Shown here: positions 26,816 to 37,400 of the stretch, piece after piece | Numbering within the stretch: the stretch's first letter is position 1 | Layout: every line of letters starts with the position of its first letter | Virus record (IMG/VR): IMGVR_UViG_3300033183_000125 | Span: 1-60,205 of that record | Reading direction: 5' to 3' (one strand) | DNA length: 60,205 bases | From: a virus | Lineage: Duplodnaviria; Caudoviricetes | Program-made: the position numbers and the translations under genes | The notes under the pieces: model-generated | What the model saw: the letters and a program-made list of their open reading frames with translations, nothing else | Told to the model about the DNA's origin: nothing | Database searches by the model: none

Positions 26816-28021
26816 ATGGCTGACAGAAAAAATACCACAATGAGCGGCCAGCCTCGTGATGAGGAGAACTACGGCCTACGTGAGTTTTTGGATGATTACG
26901 GCCCGATGTCCATCATTACCCGTATGCTACAAGGCCACGACGACGAGATACCATCAATGCCTTCTGGTCTTGGTGGTCTTGGCTTTGATGCTTTAAGCAC
27001 TGACCCAGATGCGCCGTCTATCAGAGACTACCAAGAGTACGAGCAGAAGCATTTTGATGAAATACGCAAGAAGCGTAATCAAATCAGCGACGACATTATG
27101 AACTCTGGCAACGACGGGTTTGGCAAGCTCATGGATGCTGACGAGTTGCTGGGACACTACTCTTCAATGAAAGGCGGCGACGACACCCTGCTATACGGGC
27201 AGTCTGGTGAAATGGTTATTCCGAACCGTGTTCAGCAAAACTTCCCAGAACTTGCTATGGCCGTACAGCTTGCCACAGCAAAATCAGGGCTAGACCCACA
27301 GCGCTACGTCGTCGGCAGTGAGCGCGGAAGTTATAACGAAGATACTAACATCCAGCAATTCAACGACCCCTGGTATATAGACCTTTGGAACTGGGGTAAA
27401 GATGTAGCGACAAACGCATGGGATAGCTCTAAAGACACAATCAACCAAGCCGCACAGGACTGGGCCAACGACCCACTAGGTAGCGACCTAACTCAGTCAG
27501 CCCTGATGGGTGTTGGGACTTACGGTGCGGCTAAACTTGCTGGTGCTAATAATGACCAAGCGCTTCAGGCCGCAATCGGCGGTGCGGCTGGTTATGGTCT
27601 TGCGGGCATGGGTTCTGACGCAGAAATCTCTACAGCACAGAAATTTCTATCTGGGGCTATGGGCGGGTATGGCGCATACAACGCCTATCAACCACCACCA
27701 GACCCGCAACCGACATACACGCCGTCTAACCCTCTGCCAAACAATTACGGTCAGATACTTGATAGCGTTCCTGTCGGATACGGCGCTGACAACGAACAGG
27801 CTAACCTGTCAATGACACTGCCTGCGGCCACTCCCCCTGCTTACACTGGGGCGCAGAAACCAGAAGGCGTCACCTACTTAGACGAAATTGATAATAGGGA
27901 TGGCGGCACAAGCTACGTCGATGCTGGGCCTCAATACAGTCCGACCTTCGGCAAAAGCATCTCAGCACAAAGCCGTCGGAGTGACTTAAGTGGTTTCGGT
28001 AGCAAGGTTCTATACATGTGA
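26816..28021 (+). CDS. Putative internal virion (ejection) protein
   Basis: GGDDTL...GEMVIP...GLDPQRYVVGS motif, Gly/Ala-rich hydrophobic segments, C-terminal GFG motif. Confidence 0.6.
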   Translation: MADRKNTTMSGQPRDEENYGLREFLDDYGPMSIITRMLQGHDDEIPSMPSGLGGLGFDALSTDPDAPSIRDYQEYEQKHFDEIRKKRNQISDDIMNSGNDGFGKLMDADELLGHYSSMKGGDDTLLYGQSGEMVIPNRVQQNFPELAMAVQLATAKSGLDPQRYVVGSERGSYNEDTNIQQFNDPWYIDLWNWGKDVATNAWDSSKDTINQAAQDWANDPLGSDLTQSALMGVGTYGAAKLAGANNDQALQAAIGGAAGYGLAGMGSDAEISTAQKFLSGAMGGYGAYNAYQPPPDPQPTYTPSNPLPNNYGQILDSVPVGYGADNEQANLSMTLPAATPPAYTGAQKPEGVTYLDEIDNRDGGTSYVDAGPQYSPTFGKSISAQSRRSDLSGFGSKVLYM

Positions 28022-28473
28022 TTAGGTTTGCGGAAGAAGAAGATGTGGGGCGTTGTGTTGATTTGGCTGAACGGTTCCACCAGTCATCGTACTGGAACTG
28101 GATACCATTCTCAAAAGAGAGAACTGAGGAGTTTGCAATGCGAGTTATTGCAGACCCGAACAGGCTCGTCCTCGTTGCCGAAGACCTGTCTAGCAATGAG
28201 ATCTACGGGTTCTTTGTGGCTGTCGCTTCTCGGATGTATTTTGCCGAAAACCACAGATGCTCTTCGGAAGAAATCATGTTCGTGTCGCCTGAAAAACGCG
28301 GAGGTGTAACCGCTCTAAGGTTTATGAAGGCTTGGCAAGAATGGTGCAGGGATATGGACGTATGCCACATGGCGTTTAACCCAACCTCTCACGGGCAGGG
28401 CGACAGGTGGGACGGTTTTATGAAGAAACTAGGGTACACTAAAGCTGGCGAATGTTTTAGGAAGGTTATTTAG
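28018..28473 (+). CDS. GNAT-family acetyltransferase-like protein
   Basis: MIRFAEEED start, IYGFFVA, MFVSPEKRGG (motif A) and FMKKLGY. Confidence 0.85.
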   Translation: MIRFAEEEDVGRCVDLAERFHQSSYWNWIPFSKERTEEFAMRVIADPNRLVLVAEDLSSNEIYGFFVAVASRMYFAENHRCSSEEIMFVSPEKRGGVTALRFMKAWQEWCRDMDVCHMAFNPTSHGQGDRWDGFMKKLGYTKAGECFRKVI

Positions 28474-30354
28474 ATGTTTGGTAATTCTATGAGAGTTATG
28501 GGGCCGCCCCCACGTCGCACCCAGATCAAGGGTCAAAACCACATGCTCGCCTACATCAACGACAAAGAGGCGTCGCTCCTTAAAGCTCTCGGCGGCGCGG
28601 GTAAACCTGTGCATGGTGTTCCTGCCTTCTACGACGAAGGTGACGTCTACACTGGTGTAGGCGGCGACCAGTCAGCAGGCGCTGACGGAACACAGGGTTC
28701 TGGTAACAACAACGCCAGCAACACTGACGACGCATACGACAACCAGCAAACCAGCAGTAACAACGCACCCAACGACCCAAGCGAAGAGAGTTGGGACAAC
28801 TGGGAATTTGACGCTTACGAGCCGCCCAACAATAATTATCAAATTGATGATGCCGCCCCTATACCAACCAATGACCCTTACGGCGACAACGAACCCTTGA
28901 CCAAAAAGGATCAAGACCTCGTTGATGCCATACAGTATTTTGTTGACAATGGTCGGATTAACTATAATTCAGACAGCACTAACCAGCAACTATCTATCAT
29001 AGGGTCTGGCTTAATCCCTGGCGTATCCGTAGAGGACAGGGTTGCCGCCTTAGAACAGCTAGGCGCAAGAGTTGCCGCAGGCGAGCAAGAGGATGAAAAT
29101 GGCAATAAATCCTATGACCTAAGTTTCTTGGGTGGTGGCAACTTTAAGGACTGGAAGAACTTTAACACGTCTGACGAAATTACCAACCAACAGATGGCCG
29201 AAGCGTTTGCAAAAGGCTTCAACAGTCAGACGGGTGCTAAAGGGTGGGATCCATTCGGCTATGACTTGAACGTAGGTAAAGGCTTGGGTGGAACACGCTT
29301 GGGCATATTGCCGAATGGCGACTTGACTATCCAATCTGGCGGTAAATACGCCGCGCAGAACTTGGCAAACCTCAGTTTGATGGCTGGCGGGGTCTATGCT
29401 GGCGGCATACCTGGTAGTGCTTTAACAAACACGTCAGTCAACCTTGGCGACCAGATAGGTGGTTGGAACAAGTTTGGCCCCAACGCCCCTAGATCAAACA
29501 ACCTCGACGTAAATTTTGATACTCTTGGCTTTGCTGGTTCGCAACTTCTAGGCCCACTTGTCGGTAAGCCTATCGGCCAAACAATTTATGATCAGACCAA
29601 CAACCCATATCTTGCTGGCACAGGAGCCGCCGCTAGTGCGGCATTCGTCAACAAGGCGATCAAGGACAAACTTGCAGACGCTGGCGTCGATGGCACTGTG
29701 AACATGACTATCGACTTGAATAATGGGCAACTGAACTCGAACGTAAACACGGGTAAAGGAACTGCGCCTAAAGGTACAGCCACAACAACAGTTCAGTCTG
29801 ATCTGGCCGCAGACCCAGTCACTGATGGTAGCGCACAGAACTCAGCATCGCAGTCTGGCGGCTCATCATTTTCTTCGTCCGTAGGTAGTGGCGACCCATC
29901 AACAAATTTCTTTCAAGATGCGAAGGCAGAGCTTTCCAAGAACTTGGCCGTAGGAGACCAGAAGATAGGAACCACTACTGGTGACGGCTCAATGAAAGAT
30001 GGGACATCTAGTGCAGATTACTCAACATTCGCTGATAAAGCGTCGTCCAACAACAATAATGGCGGCGCTAACAACGACGATGGTAATAACCAGTCGACAG
30101 GCACTGGTACAAAATGGAACGCACTCTATAGCAATATCAAGAACATCGTTGAAGACGGTCAAAACACAACAGGCCAGAGCTACCTTTCCCCGATTTCCTA
30201 TCTCTCGCCAGCAACTAGCGGCAGGGGTTTCGGTAACTACTTGACGCAAGGGAAGAATAGAGACTTCGGTTCTGCTACATTTAGAGCATCTACTAAAGGT
30301 GAGATAGACAGATCTAAAAGACGTGGCGGTTTCGGCAACATAATGTTTGCATAA
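28474..30354 (+). CDS. Putative internal virion (ejection) protein
   Basis: HMLAYINDKEASLLKALGGAG....GVPAF N-terminal motif, low-complexity N/G/S/T body, C-terminal GGFG. Confidence 0.6.
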   Translation: MFGNSMRVMGPPPRRTQIKGQNHMLAYINDKEASLLKALGGAGKPVHGVPAFYDEGDVYTGVGGDQSAGADGTQGSGNNNASNTDDAYDNQQTSSNNAPNDPSEESWDNWEFDAYEPPNNNYQIDDAAPIPTNDPYGDNEPLTKKDQDLVDAIQYFVDNGRINYNSDSTNQQLSIIGSGLIPGVSVEDRVAALEQLGARVAAGEQEDENGNKSYDLSFLGGGNFKDWKNFNTSDEITNQQMAEAFAKGFNSQTGAKGWDPFGYDLNVGKGLGGTRLGILPNGDLTIQSGGKYAAQNLANLSLMAGGVYAGGIPGSALTNTSVNLGDQIGGWNKFGPNAPRSNNLDVNFDTLGFAGSQLLGPLVGKPIGQTIYDQTNNPYLAGTGAAASAAFVNKAIKDKLADAGVDGTVNMTIDLNNGQLNSNVNTGKGTAPKGTATTTVQSDLAADPVTDGSAQNSASQSGGSSFSSSVGSGDPSTNFFQDAKAELSKNLAVGDQKIGTTTGDGSMKDGTSSADYSTFADKASSNNNNGGANNDDGNNQSTGTGTKWNALYSNIKNIVEDGQNTTGQSYLSPISYLSPATSGRGFGNYLTQGKNRDFGSATFRASTKGEIDRSKRRGGFGNIMFA

Positions 30355-30366
30355 AGGAGATACAAA

Positions 30367-31182
30367 ATGGGTAATAGTCCAACAGACGGAGGCGGGGTTA
30401 TGTACAATGAGCCACACGGCCCGCCACGGGGTTATGTGCCAAACACAAATAAAACTGTTCGATTCGGCGGGCCAAAAAATCCGAACAATATTACAGGCGA
30501 TGACGGCAACGGCGGCGTCGGTGACAGCAATTACAACCCCAACGGCATGAATGTCCAAACCGACAACCCTAACAACAAGCCTAACTTTAAGTACATCACC
30601 AACTTCTTGAGTGAAAGTCAGGCGACGGAATTTCGTGAGGGTGAACGTAAAGACGTAGGAGACCCGTTCGGCGAAAAGAAATTTATCGGCGACGCTTCAT
30701 CAATTCTTGGTGACAGCACCGTATTGTCTGGCGCATCGCCGTTTGCTGAAGGTAAACGTGGTCGGTTCTTGAAGGGCGTTGGTAAAGGCTATGCAAGCGA
30801 AACGCCTATGGATCAAGTTGTGGAACAGCAGATGGGTTCTGCCGTACCAGGCGGTGAGCCAGGTGTGGGACAGCAGGGGTTTGGCGCAAGAGCGCTAGGG
30901 GGTAGTGATCAGGTTGTTGAAAACCTACCGCCACCAGGCGCTGAACAAACCGAAACTCCCGTAGCTCAAGCGCAGTCTGACCTACAGCTAGACCCTAATA
31001 TTCCGCCACTAGGGCCAGGTCAGTCGGTTGTGCCAGACGTAAACTACGTTCTGCCAACTTCTGGTCAGCAACAGATTATTGCGTTCTCTCCGAACGACCC
31101 ACAGGCGATGTACACCGCTCGTGGCCCACTGTCCAGAAACCTGACTACTGCAAGGAGTGGGTTTGGGATGAAGTATCTGTAG
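30367..31182 (+). CDS. Putative internal virion protein
   Basis: AAAGGAG RBS, G/P/N-rich, C-terminal RSGFG. Confidence 0.55.
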   Translation: MGNSPTDGGGVMYNEPHGPPRGYVPNTNKTVRFGGPKNPNNITGDDGNGGVGDSNYNPNGMNVQTDNPNNKPNFKYITNFLSESQATEFREGERKDVGDPFGEKKFIGDASSILGDSTVLSGASPFAEGKRGRFLKGVGKGYASETPMDQVVEQQMGSAVPGGEPGVGQQGFGARALGGSDQVVENLPPPGAEQTETPVAQAQSDLQLDPNIPPLGPGQSVVPDVNYVLPTSGQQQIIAFSPNDPQAMYTARGPLSRNLTTARSGFGMKYL

Positions 31183-31191
31183 GAGGTCTTA

Positions 31192-32115
31192 ATGGCTAGT
31201 GGTTTTGGTGAGTGGCTCGGTAAGGGCTTAAATGCCCTATATGGCACAAATGCGAATGGAGACCCGACCCGCGCTGGTATGTGGGCGCAAACTCTTGGCG
31301 CTGGCTACGACGTATATGAAGCTCAGAAGCAGGCTGACAGAGACAGGGAAGCATACGAAAACGCCCTAGCTCAACAGCAGATGATAGCTAACCAACAGCT
31401 ACGGGTAGCGGCTCAGAGGGCGGCTGAAGAAAGCGCTATACGTGGCGGTATTGTGAACCGTTCACAAATGCTTGAAGCCGCAATCAACCAAGCTCGCCAA
31501 GCTATGGGGCCAATGCCTACGGCCACTCAAGGCGACATCAACACGAACTACCAACAGATACGCCAGATGTATATGGACGACCTGAACAACACAATCGACA
31601 GGGTTAGTTCGCAAGGATACGCCGACGCTATATCCAAAGGCATGGATGGGTCGGACAGATTTAGAGATACACAACGAGACTTGTCGCAAGAGTACGCAAG
31701 TCAACTGCGTAAAATTGACCAGGAGGCATACAATGCCGCTATTAACAGAGTTGGCGCTAATCAAAAGACGCTTATGGAGGGACGCGAGAACGTCTATTCA
31801 GACTTGGGTGCAGGCTATCAGAGTGGGATTGATAACCTCAAGGGTGTGCTACCTACGAACGCGGGTACAGTTTACAATAATGCTCAGACAGCGGCGCAAA
31901 ATTTACGCACAGAAATGGGAGAAACTGCGGTCGATAGTGCAGGCAACGTGGGAACGACACAAGCAAACCTTGATAAGTACATGGGCAACATGGACTACAT
32001 GCTTGGCAAAAGCACTTACACAAATCCTCTACAGAAACAGGTAGACGACTTAAAGACACAAGTGAATGATTTGACAGCACGTAATAACGCACTGACTGGC
32101 AAGAACCAGACCTAA
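31192..32115 (+). CDS. Putative DNA-ejection protein
   Basis: AGGAGG RBS, Q/A-rich coiled coil, position before the large core proteins. Confidence 0.6.
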   Translation: MASGFGEWLGKGLNALYGTNANGDPTRAGMWAQTLGAGYDVYEAQKQADRDREAYENALAQQQMIANQQLRVAAQRAAEESAIRGGIVNRSQMLEAAINQARQAMGPMPTATQGDINTNYQQIRQMYMDDLNNTIDRVSSQGYADAISKGMDGSDRFRDTQRDLSQEYASQLRKIDQEAYNAAINRVGANQKTLMEGRENVYSDLGAGYQSGIDNLKGVLPTNAGTVYNNAQTAAQNLRTEMGETAVDSAGNVGTTQANLDKYMGNMDYMLGKSTYTNPLQKQVDDLKTQVNDLTARNNALTGKNQT

Positions 32116-32126
32116 CAGGTTAGAGC

Positions 32127-34376
32127 ATGGCAAAGTTTTTTCAAGCGGCGACCGACGCCTTCAACAAGCAAGAAGACCGTATCTACGATAAGCGTAAGCG
32201 AAATCGTGAAGACTTTTTAGCTTACCGCAAGATGAAGGCGGAAATGGGTGAGGATGTCACGGCAGAAGAGCTAGACAAGTATCGTCGCGGCCTAGCTGGC
32301 AGTGACGCCTTCTTCCTGCACGACCTCCCGTCAGGCGCTATGATGAGTTCTCTAGCCGACCGTACTAATATGCGTGCGCTAAATACTCGGCGCGAGGAAG
32401 AAGCCGCAGAAGTCAAACGCCAGAAAGATGAACAAGAGCGCTGGGACAGCTTCCTAAACTTCCATCTCGACAAAGACGTAACCAATGGCAAAGACAAGGA
32501 GTTGATGCGCCAGGACTGGATGAAGAGCTTTCAGGATCGGCCAGAGCTTGGTCAAAGTTTGTGGGATCGTTGGTCAGCCAACATCCTAGAACAGCACTCT
32601 GCCTTGAAAACCCAATCCGCTTATGATTTTGCAAGTACAACACTGAAAGACGTGGACGACTTAGGCCAAGCAAACACTATCATGGGCGCACACAACCTAC
32701 CAACATGGAAGCAAAACATGGTAGGCACTTTGATCCAGCAACGGCAGGACAGCAAAACAGCCGAGGCCACAGCGAAGGCCAACCAACTTGTGGTCAACTA
32801 CAGTGGCGACAAGTTACGCGGGCTAGATGATAAAGGACTTGAAAAGATAGCGGCAGAAATCATTGCTGGTGCTGAATATAACATGCCAGTTAACAGCACT
32901 GAGTACAAAGCACTACTCACAGCCGTTAAAGCATCTCTATTAGAACGACAAAAACAATCAGACTATCTCTTTGTTGAAGGGAACACGAAGGAGTTTAGAA
33001 CTCACATCCTTTCTTCTGACAGCGAGTTTATTAAAACAGTCGCCGCTAAAGGGTTTGATGACGAATCCGTGCTTGCCGCTTTCAATATGGCTAGAAAGAG
33101 GTTCTTCCTCGACGAAGTGACAGCCGATAGTGACGAGTTCAAATTCTGGATCGAAGCGGCAGAGAGGGCTATAGGCAACCAGTACGAAGCTGACTGGAAT
33201 GAAGAGCAGTCCAAACTAAATGCAAAAGCAGAAGCGGCAGTAGAGGCCGCCAAAGGCCAGGTAGACGCACTTGCTGGGATGTCCTTGTTTGAGGAAGGCG
33301 GTGCTGGTTACGCCGTAATGAGCAGTTTGAAACAAGGCTTTGTCTTGACCCAAGATGCGTTTCAGGTTGCAAATGCTTTACAGCAGAGGTTTGGCACAGA
33401 AGTTGTGCAGAAGGGATCTGCTGAAGACGCGGCAATAATGAAGAACTGGCTCCTCTCAAATGGCTACGCTATGAGCGAGCAGGCGTTCCAGACGAAGTTT
33501 ATGCGCGAAAACGGTACAAACCATATACCACCAGGTAAGAACCTAGACGTGTACATTGGGGAACAAAAAGAAGACTGGACACCCAGGCTCAATGCTTTCG
33601 TGGAGGAAATATTTACAGGCGTGGCCAAAGACGAAAATGGCCAGCCTTTACTGCCGTTCGACGCCACTCCAGATAAAATTATTGGCATTAAGCAACAGAT
33701 TATTAACGACGTTGAAGAGCAATTAGATGCTGACTTAGAGGTCGCCATAGAGAGTAGAGGGGCGTTCAGAGGGCTAAGTGAGGCTGAGATAAAAAGCAAG
33801 CATGATGGTCTCAAAAACACCATTCTTAAACAGCTTGAGGAAATGCTCCAAGATCCGAAGAACAAAGGCCCACGTCCATCTACGATTAACTCGCCCGCTT
33901 TTATCCTACAAGGTTCGACAGGTAACTTATACAAGGCTCAAAACGGCGCACAAAGCTATAAGGACACAGATGGTCAGGCTCTCGTCGTTGGGGAAATGTA
34001 TCGTTGGGACGCAGACAAAGGAACTTTCACAAAACAGTCTGCGGCGCAACTCCGTCCTATGCCTCCTCTATATTCAGGCCCGCAATCAAATCAAAGGCCA
34101 AGTCCTACAATCAACAACGCGGGGTGGATGCTTGGCAACATGCAGAGCAAAAACGACGCAGTGCTTGGGTTCCTCCCAGACCCTGCTATTGGCGTGCGAC
34201 CTGGCGGGCCGTTTGATACGCCAAGAGATTGGATTAGTAGTATAATTATGCAGATGGGCGCACAGTATAGAGCGCAGGGCCAAAACATAAGTGACAGGCA
34301 ACTGTTCATCCTACTTGGTCGTCCAGGGTCTTCGGGCGGAATAGGCGCACTGAATGACGGCGACTTTCAAGGATAG
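32127..34376 (+). CDS. Putative internal core / ejection protein
   Basis: 749-aa helical protein immediately before the giant protein. Confidence 0.6.
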   Translation: MAKFFQAATDAFNKQEDRIYDKRKRNREDFLAYRKMKAEMGEDVTAEELDKYRRGLAGSDAFFLHDLPSGAMMSSLADRTNMRALNTRREEEAAEVKRQKDEQERWDSFLNFHLDKDVTNGKDKELMRQDWMKSFQDRPELGQSLWDRWSANILEQHSALKTQSAYDFASTTLKDVDDLGQANTIMGAHNLPTWKQNMVGTLIQQRQDSKTAEATAKANQLVVNYSGDKLRGLDDKGLEKIAAEIIAGAEYNMPVNSTEYKALLTAVKASLLERQKQSDYLFVEGNTKEFRTHILSSDSEFIKTVAAKGFDDESVLAAFNMARKRFFLDEVTADSDEFKFWIEAAERAIGNQYEADWNEEQSKLNAKAEAAVEAAKGQVDALAGMSLFEEGGAGYAVMSSLKQGFVLTQDAFQVANALQQRFGTEVVQKGSAEDAAIMKNWLLSNGYAMSEQAFQTKFMRENGTNHIPPGKNLDVYIGEQKEDWTPRLNAFVEEIFTGVAKDENGQPLLPFDATPDKIIGIKQQIINDVEEQLDADLEVAIESRGAFRGLSEAEIKSKHDGLKNTILKQLEEMLQDPKNKGPRPSTINSPAFILQGSTGNLYKAQNGAQSYKDTDGQALVVGEMYRWDADKGTFTKQSAAQLRPMPPLYSGPQSNQRPSPTINNAGWMLGNMQSKNDAVLGFLPDPAIGVRPGGPFDTPRDWISSIIMQMGAQYRAQGQNISDRQLFILLGRPGSSGGIGALNDGDFQG

Positions 34377-34408
34377 GGACGACTAGCTACTGCAACTCCA
34401 GATATTTT
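34376..34408 (+). promoter_or_regulatory. Putative late promoter inside an RBS-occluding hairpin
   Basis: GGGACGA-N20-TATTTT. ACTCCAG (34395) is complementary to CTGGAGT (34435), which contains the RBS. Confidence 0.6.
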
Positions 34409-34447
34409 AGTGGTTCAAATAACCACTGAGAAAACTGGAGTATCGCA

Positions 34448-37400
34448 GTGCCATACGAACATAAAGGCAAAGGTCTTAATAAGTACACTGGAAACACAGG
34501 CCGCACAGAAGGCTATACTAGCCAAGACTACGCATCAAACCTCAACGAAGATACAGCAAAAAACCTTTTGGGCGACAACAGGTTCTTAAAAGACCTGTAC
34601 GACTACTATGGCCAAAGAGACGGCAAGTCTTTCTCGACCTCAGACGAAGCAATCGAATACTACCTAAACGACAGACGCTGGCGTAACAACAACACCATCT
34701 CTATAGGCCGAGATGTGTATGACGCTTACAGCGCGAACGACGCACAGGCTATGAGACTAGCCCGCATCCAACAGGTATATGATGCGCTTCCATTCGGTGT
34801 TGATGGTGGCTTAGAAGCGGTTGCAGAGACTGGCGCGGCAATGCTCTCTGACCCCCTGAACCTTATCGGCTTCGGTGCTGGTGGGCAGGCCGCTCGCCTT
34901 GCCGCTGGTACAGCCGCAAAGCAGGCTGGTAAACACATAACTAAAGGCGCTATAACGAGGCAAGCGCTAGGTAGCGCGGCCAAAGCAGGCTTCGTCGGCG
35001 AAGCCGTCGCGGGCGGTATCACAGAAGGTATCGCTGACATCGGTATCCAAAACAGAAACGTAGCACTCGGATTGCAAGACGACGTATCTCTCTTACGGGC
35101 AGGCGGCGCGGCTCTTCAAGGTGCGGCGTTTAGTGGAGCGATTGGTGTTCCTATGGGTCTTGCTGGTGCGGTAGCACCTACTGGACTACTTGGCAAAGCC
35201 AGAGATGGCAAGATTATGGGTTCTGTCTTTGACGACAAGAACGCAAGAAAGGCTGGAAAACAAGGCGTAGCCCAACTCAGCCGAGAAGGCTTGGAGCAGT
35301 TAAGCGAAAAAGTCGGCACAAACATGGACTTGAACTCCATCCGTCGTGGCATGGCTGACGCGGCTGTCAACCGCACAGGAAGAGTAACTCCAGATGGTGG
35401 ACTACAGTTAAAGCCTAGCGTTCGCGGCGACTTGTCAGAAACAGAAGCAACTCCTGATTGGGGTCAGGCTGGCGAAGCCGAAGTAATGTCTGGCATTGAG
35501 GACAAGGTTAAGCAAGAGCTTGAAGAACATAGAGCGGCGCGGGAAGAGGCCAGGCAGGAAGGTAACACTCAAGAAGCCGATAGGATCGAAGGCGAAGATA
35601 TTGGCGCGGCACAGCGTAAAATCGACCGTATCAACTGGATCAACCAGTGGCCTAGAACAAGAGAAAAACTGCAAGCGCAGGCGAATGAGCTTACGGCTAA
35701 CCTACAAGCAGAAGGTAAGACTGGATCTACCCCAGAACTAGACGACTTAAACAAGCGCATCAGAAACGGTGATAACGCTTACGGAGACTTCGTAGCACAA
35801 AGCCGCACTGAGCTACAAAACGGCGGCTCTATGGCCGCAGACAGAATTGATAGTATTCTCGAAAGCCCGAACGAATTACTGGACGAGGCAGTACAGGGCG
35901 AAGGCTTTACAGTCGCGCCAGTCGCAACAACAGGCACTGGGCAACGTGTATCACTGGATCAAGACACACGTCCTGGTCAGCAAGAACAGTTCCGTCCACA
36001 GCCTCAAGAGCAGGACGCACAAACAGCAACGCCAGAACCTGAACAAGAAGCACCAACTGGCGGCGCACAGGCAGAGCCAGAAGCGCCAACTACTGACGAG
36101 CGTCTTGCACAAATTAACTCACGCTTAGACGGACGCAAGAAGGGTAGCATAGCTTACGAGCGTAAACGCCTTGAGCGTGAGATGGCTCAAATGCCAGAAA
36201 CTCTTGAAGACGGGACGCAGAACCCAGAGCGTCTTACCCTTCAAAATCGTATGGACGCTATAGAGCAGGAGGCTATTTCTCTAAAAGAAGAGCAACAGTC
36301 TCTGGCCACTCGCCAAGCTGAAGAAGCAAAGCAGGCCAACGACGACATCCTAAACGAAAACCCAGAGCAACCCGCACAAGAAACCGTACTGGCTGAAGAT
36401 ACAGCGCAACCAGAAGCGGCGCAGGCTCAGACTACACAGGCTCCAGAACCAGTAATAGATGTTAATACACAAATCACAGACTTCATCGACAACGAGTTCG
36501 AGCCAACACTGGCTAATATTCGTTTTGAATTTATTAGCCTCGGTATGGAGCGCCCAGCCGTAGACGCTATCATTGCGTCACTTCCAAGAGGCAAAAGTAA
36601 AGCCGCCACAGAAGCACGCAGAGAGGTATTCAGAGAGACAGTAAACATCGTTCGTGGTCAGCGCGAATGGCAGGGCATACTGAACCGCTCTCAAGGTCTG
36701 ACTGGTGCAGGCGACGAATTGTTTGATGAGACAATAGCTGACGCCCTGATCGAAAGCACAGTAGGTGAAGCTCTCAGCGAGCCTACCAAAAACGCTCACC
36801 GTGAATGGCGCAAGCGTGGCGTTGCTCGCTATGCAATGGACATCGAAAACGAGTTCATGGGCATGGCTACAATCGACGAGATGTTGGAGGTTGTACGCAA
36901 CCGACACGGTGAAGGTGGGTTCTATGACATGGTTGCCGAGTTCTGGGCTAACGCACAGAAAGGTATCCTGCCATCACCAGATGACGGTATGCCGCAGTTC
37001 GTCCGCCAACAGATCGCTACCTTGCCGAAAGAAATGCAAGTTGAGTGGACTGCATTTAGAGAAGCCGCCGTCCGCAACCTTATGAAGACTGGCAAGCTGT
37101 CAGAGCAAAGCGCGAAAAGACTTATCGCCACTCAGATGGATGCGATGCTTGACCGCTTCTTGCAGATGCAGGCGTATCAAGCAACCGACCCGCTTGGCAA
37201 TGTATACAGCACACGGATGCTGGCAACACGCGGTATGCGGGCTATAGACATTGACGAGAAAGCCATTAAAGAGGGACACGGAGATCACATTGGCCGTGTA
37301 CAGCATAACCTCCGCAACGTAACTATGGGCAATGGGCGTCCAGGTTCTGGTCGCAACATAAGCGACAAGATGGTTGGCCGTATCCAGTCCTTCCTGCGCG

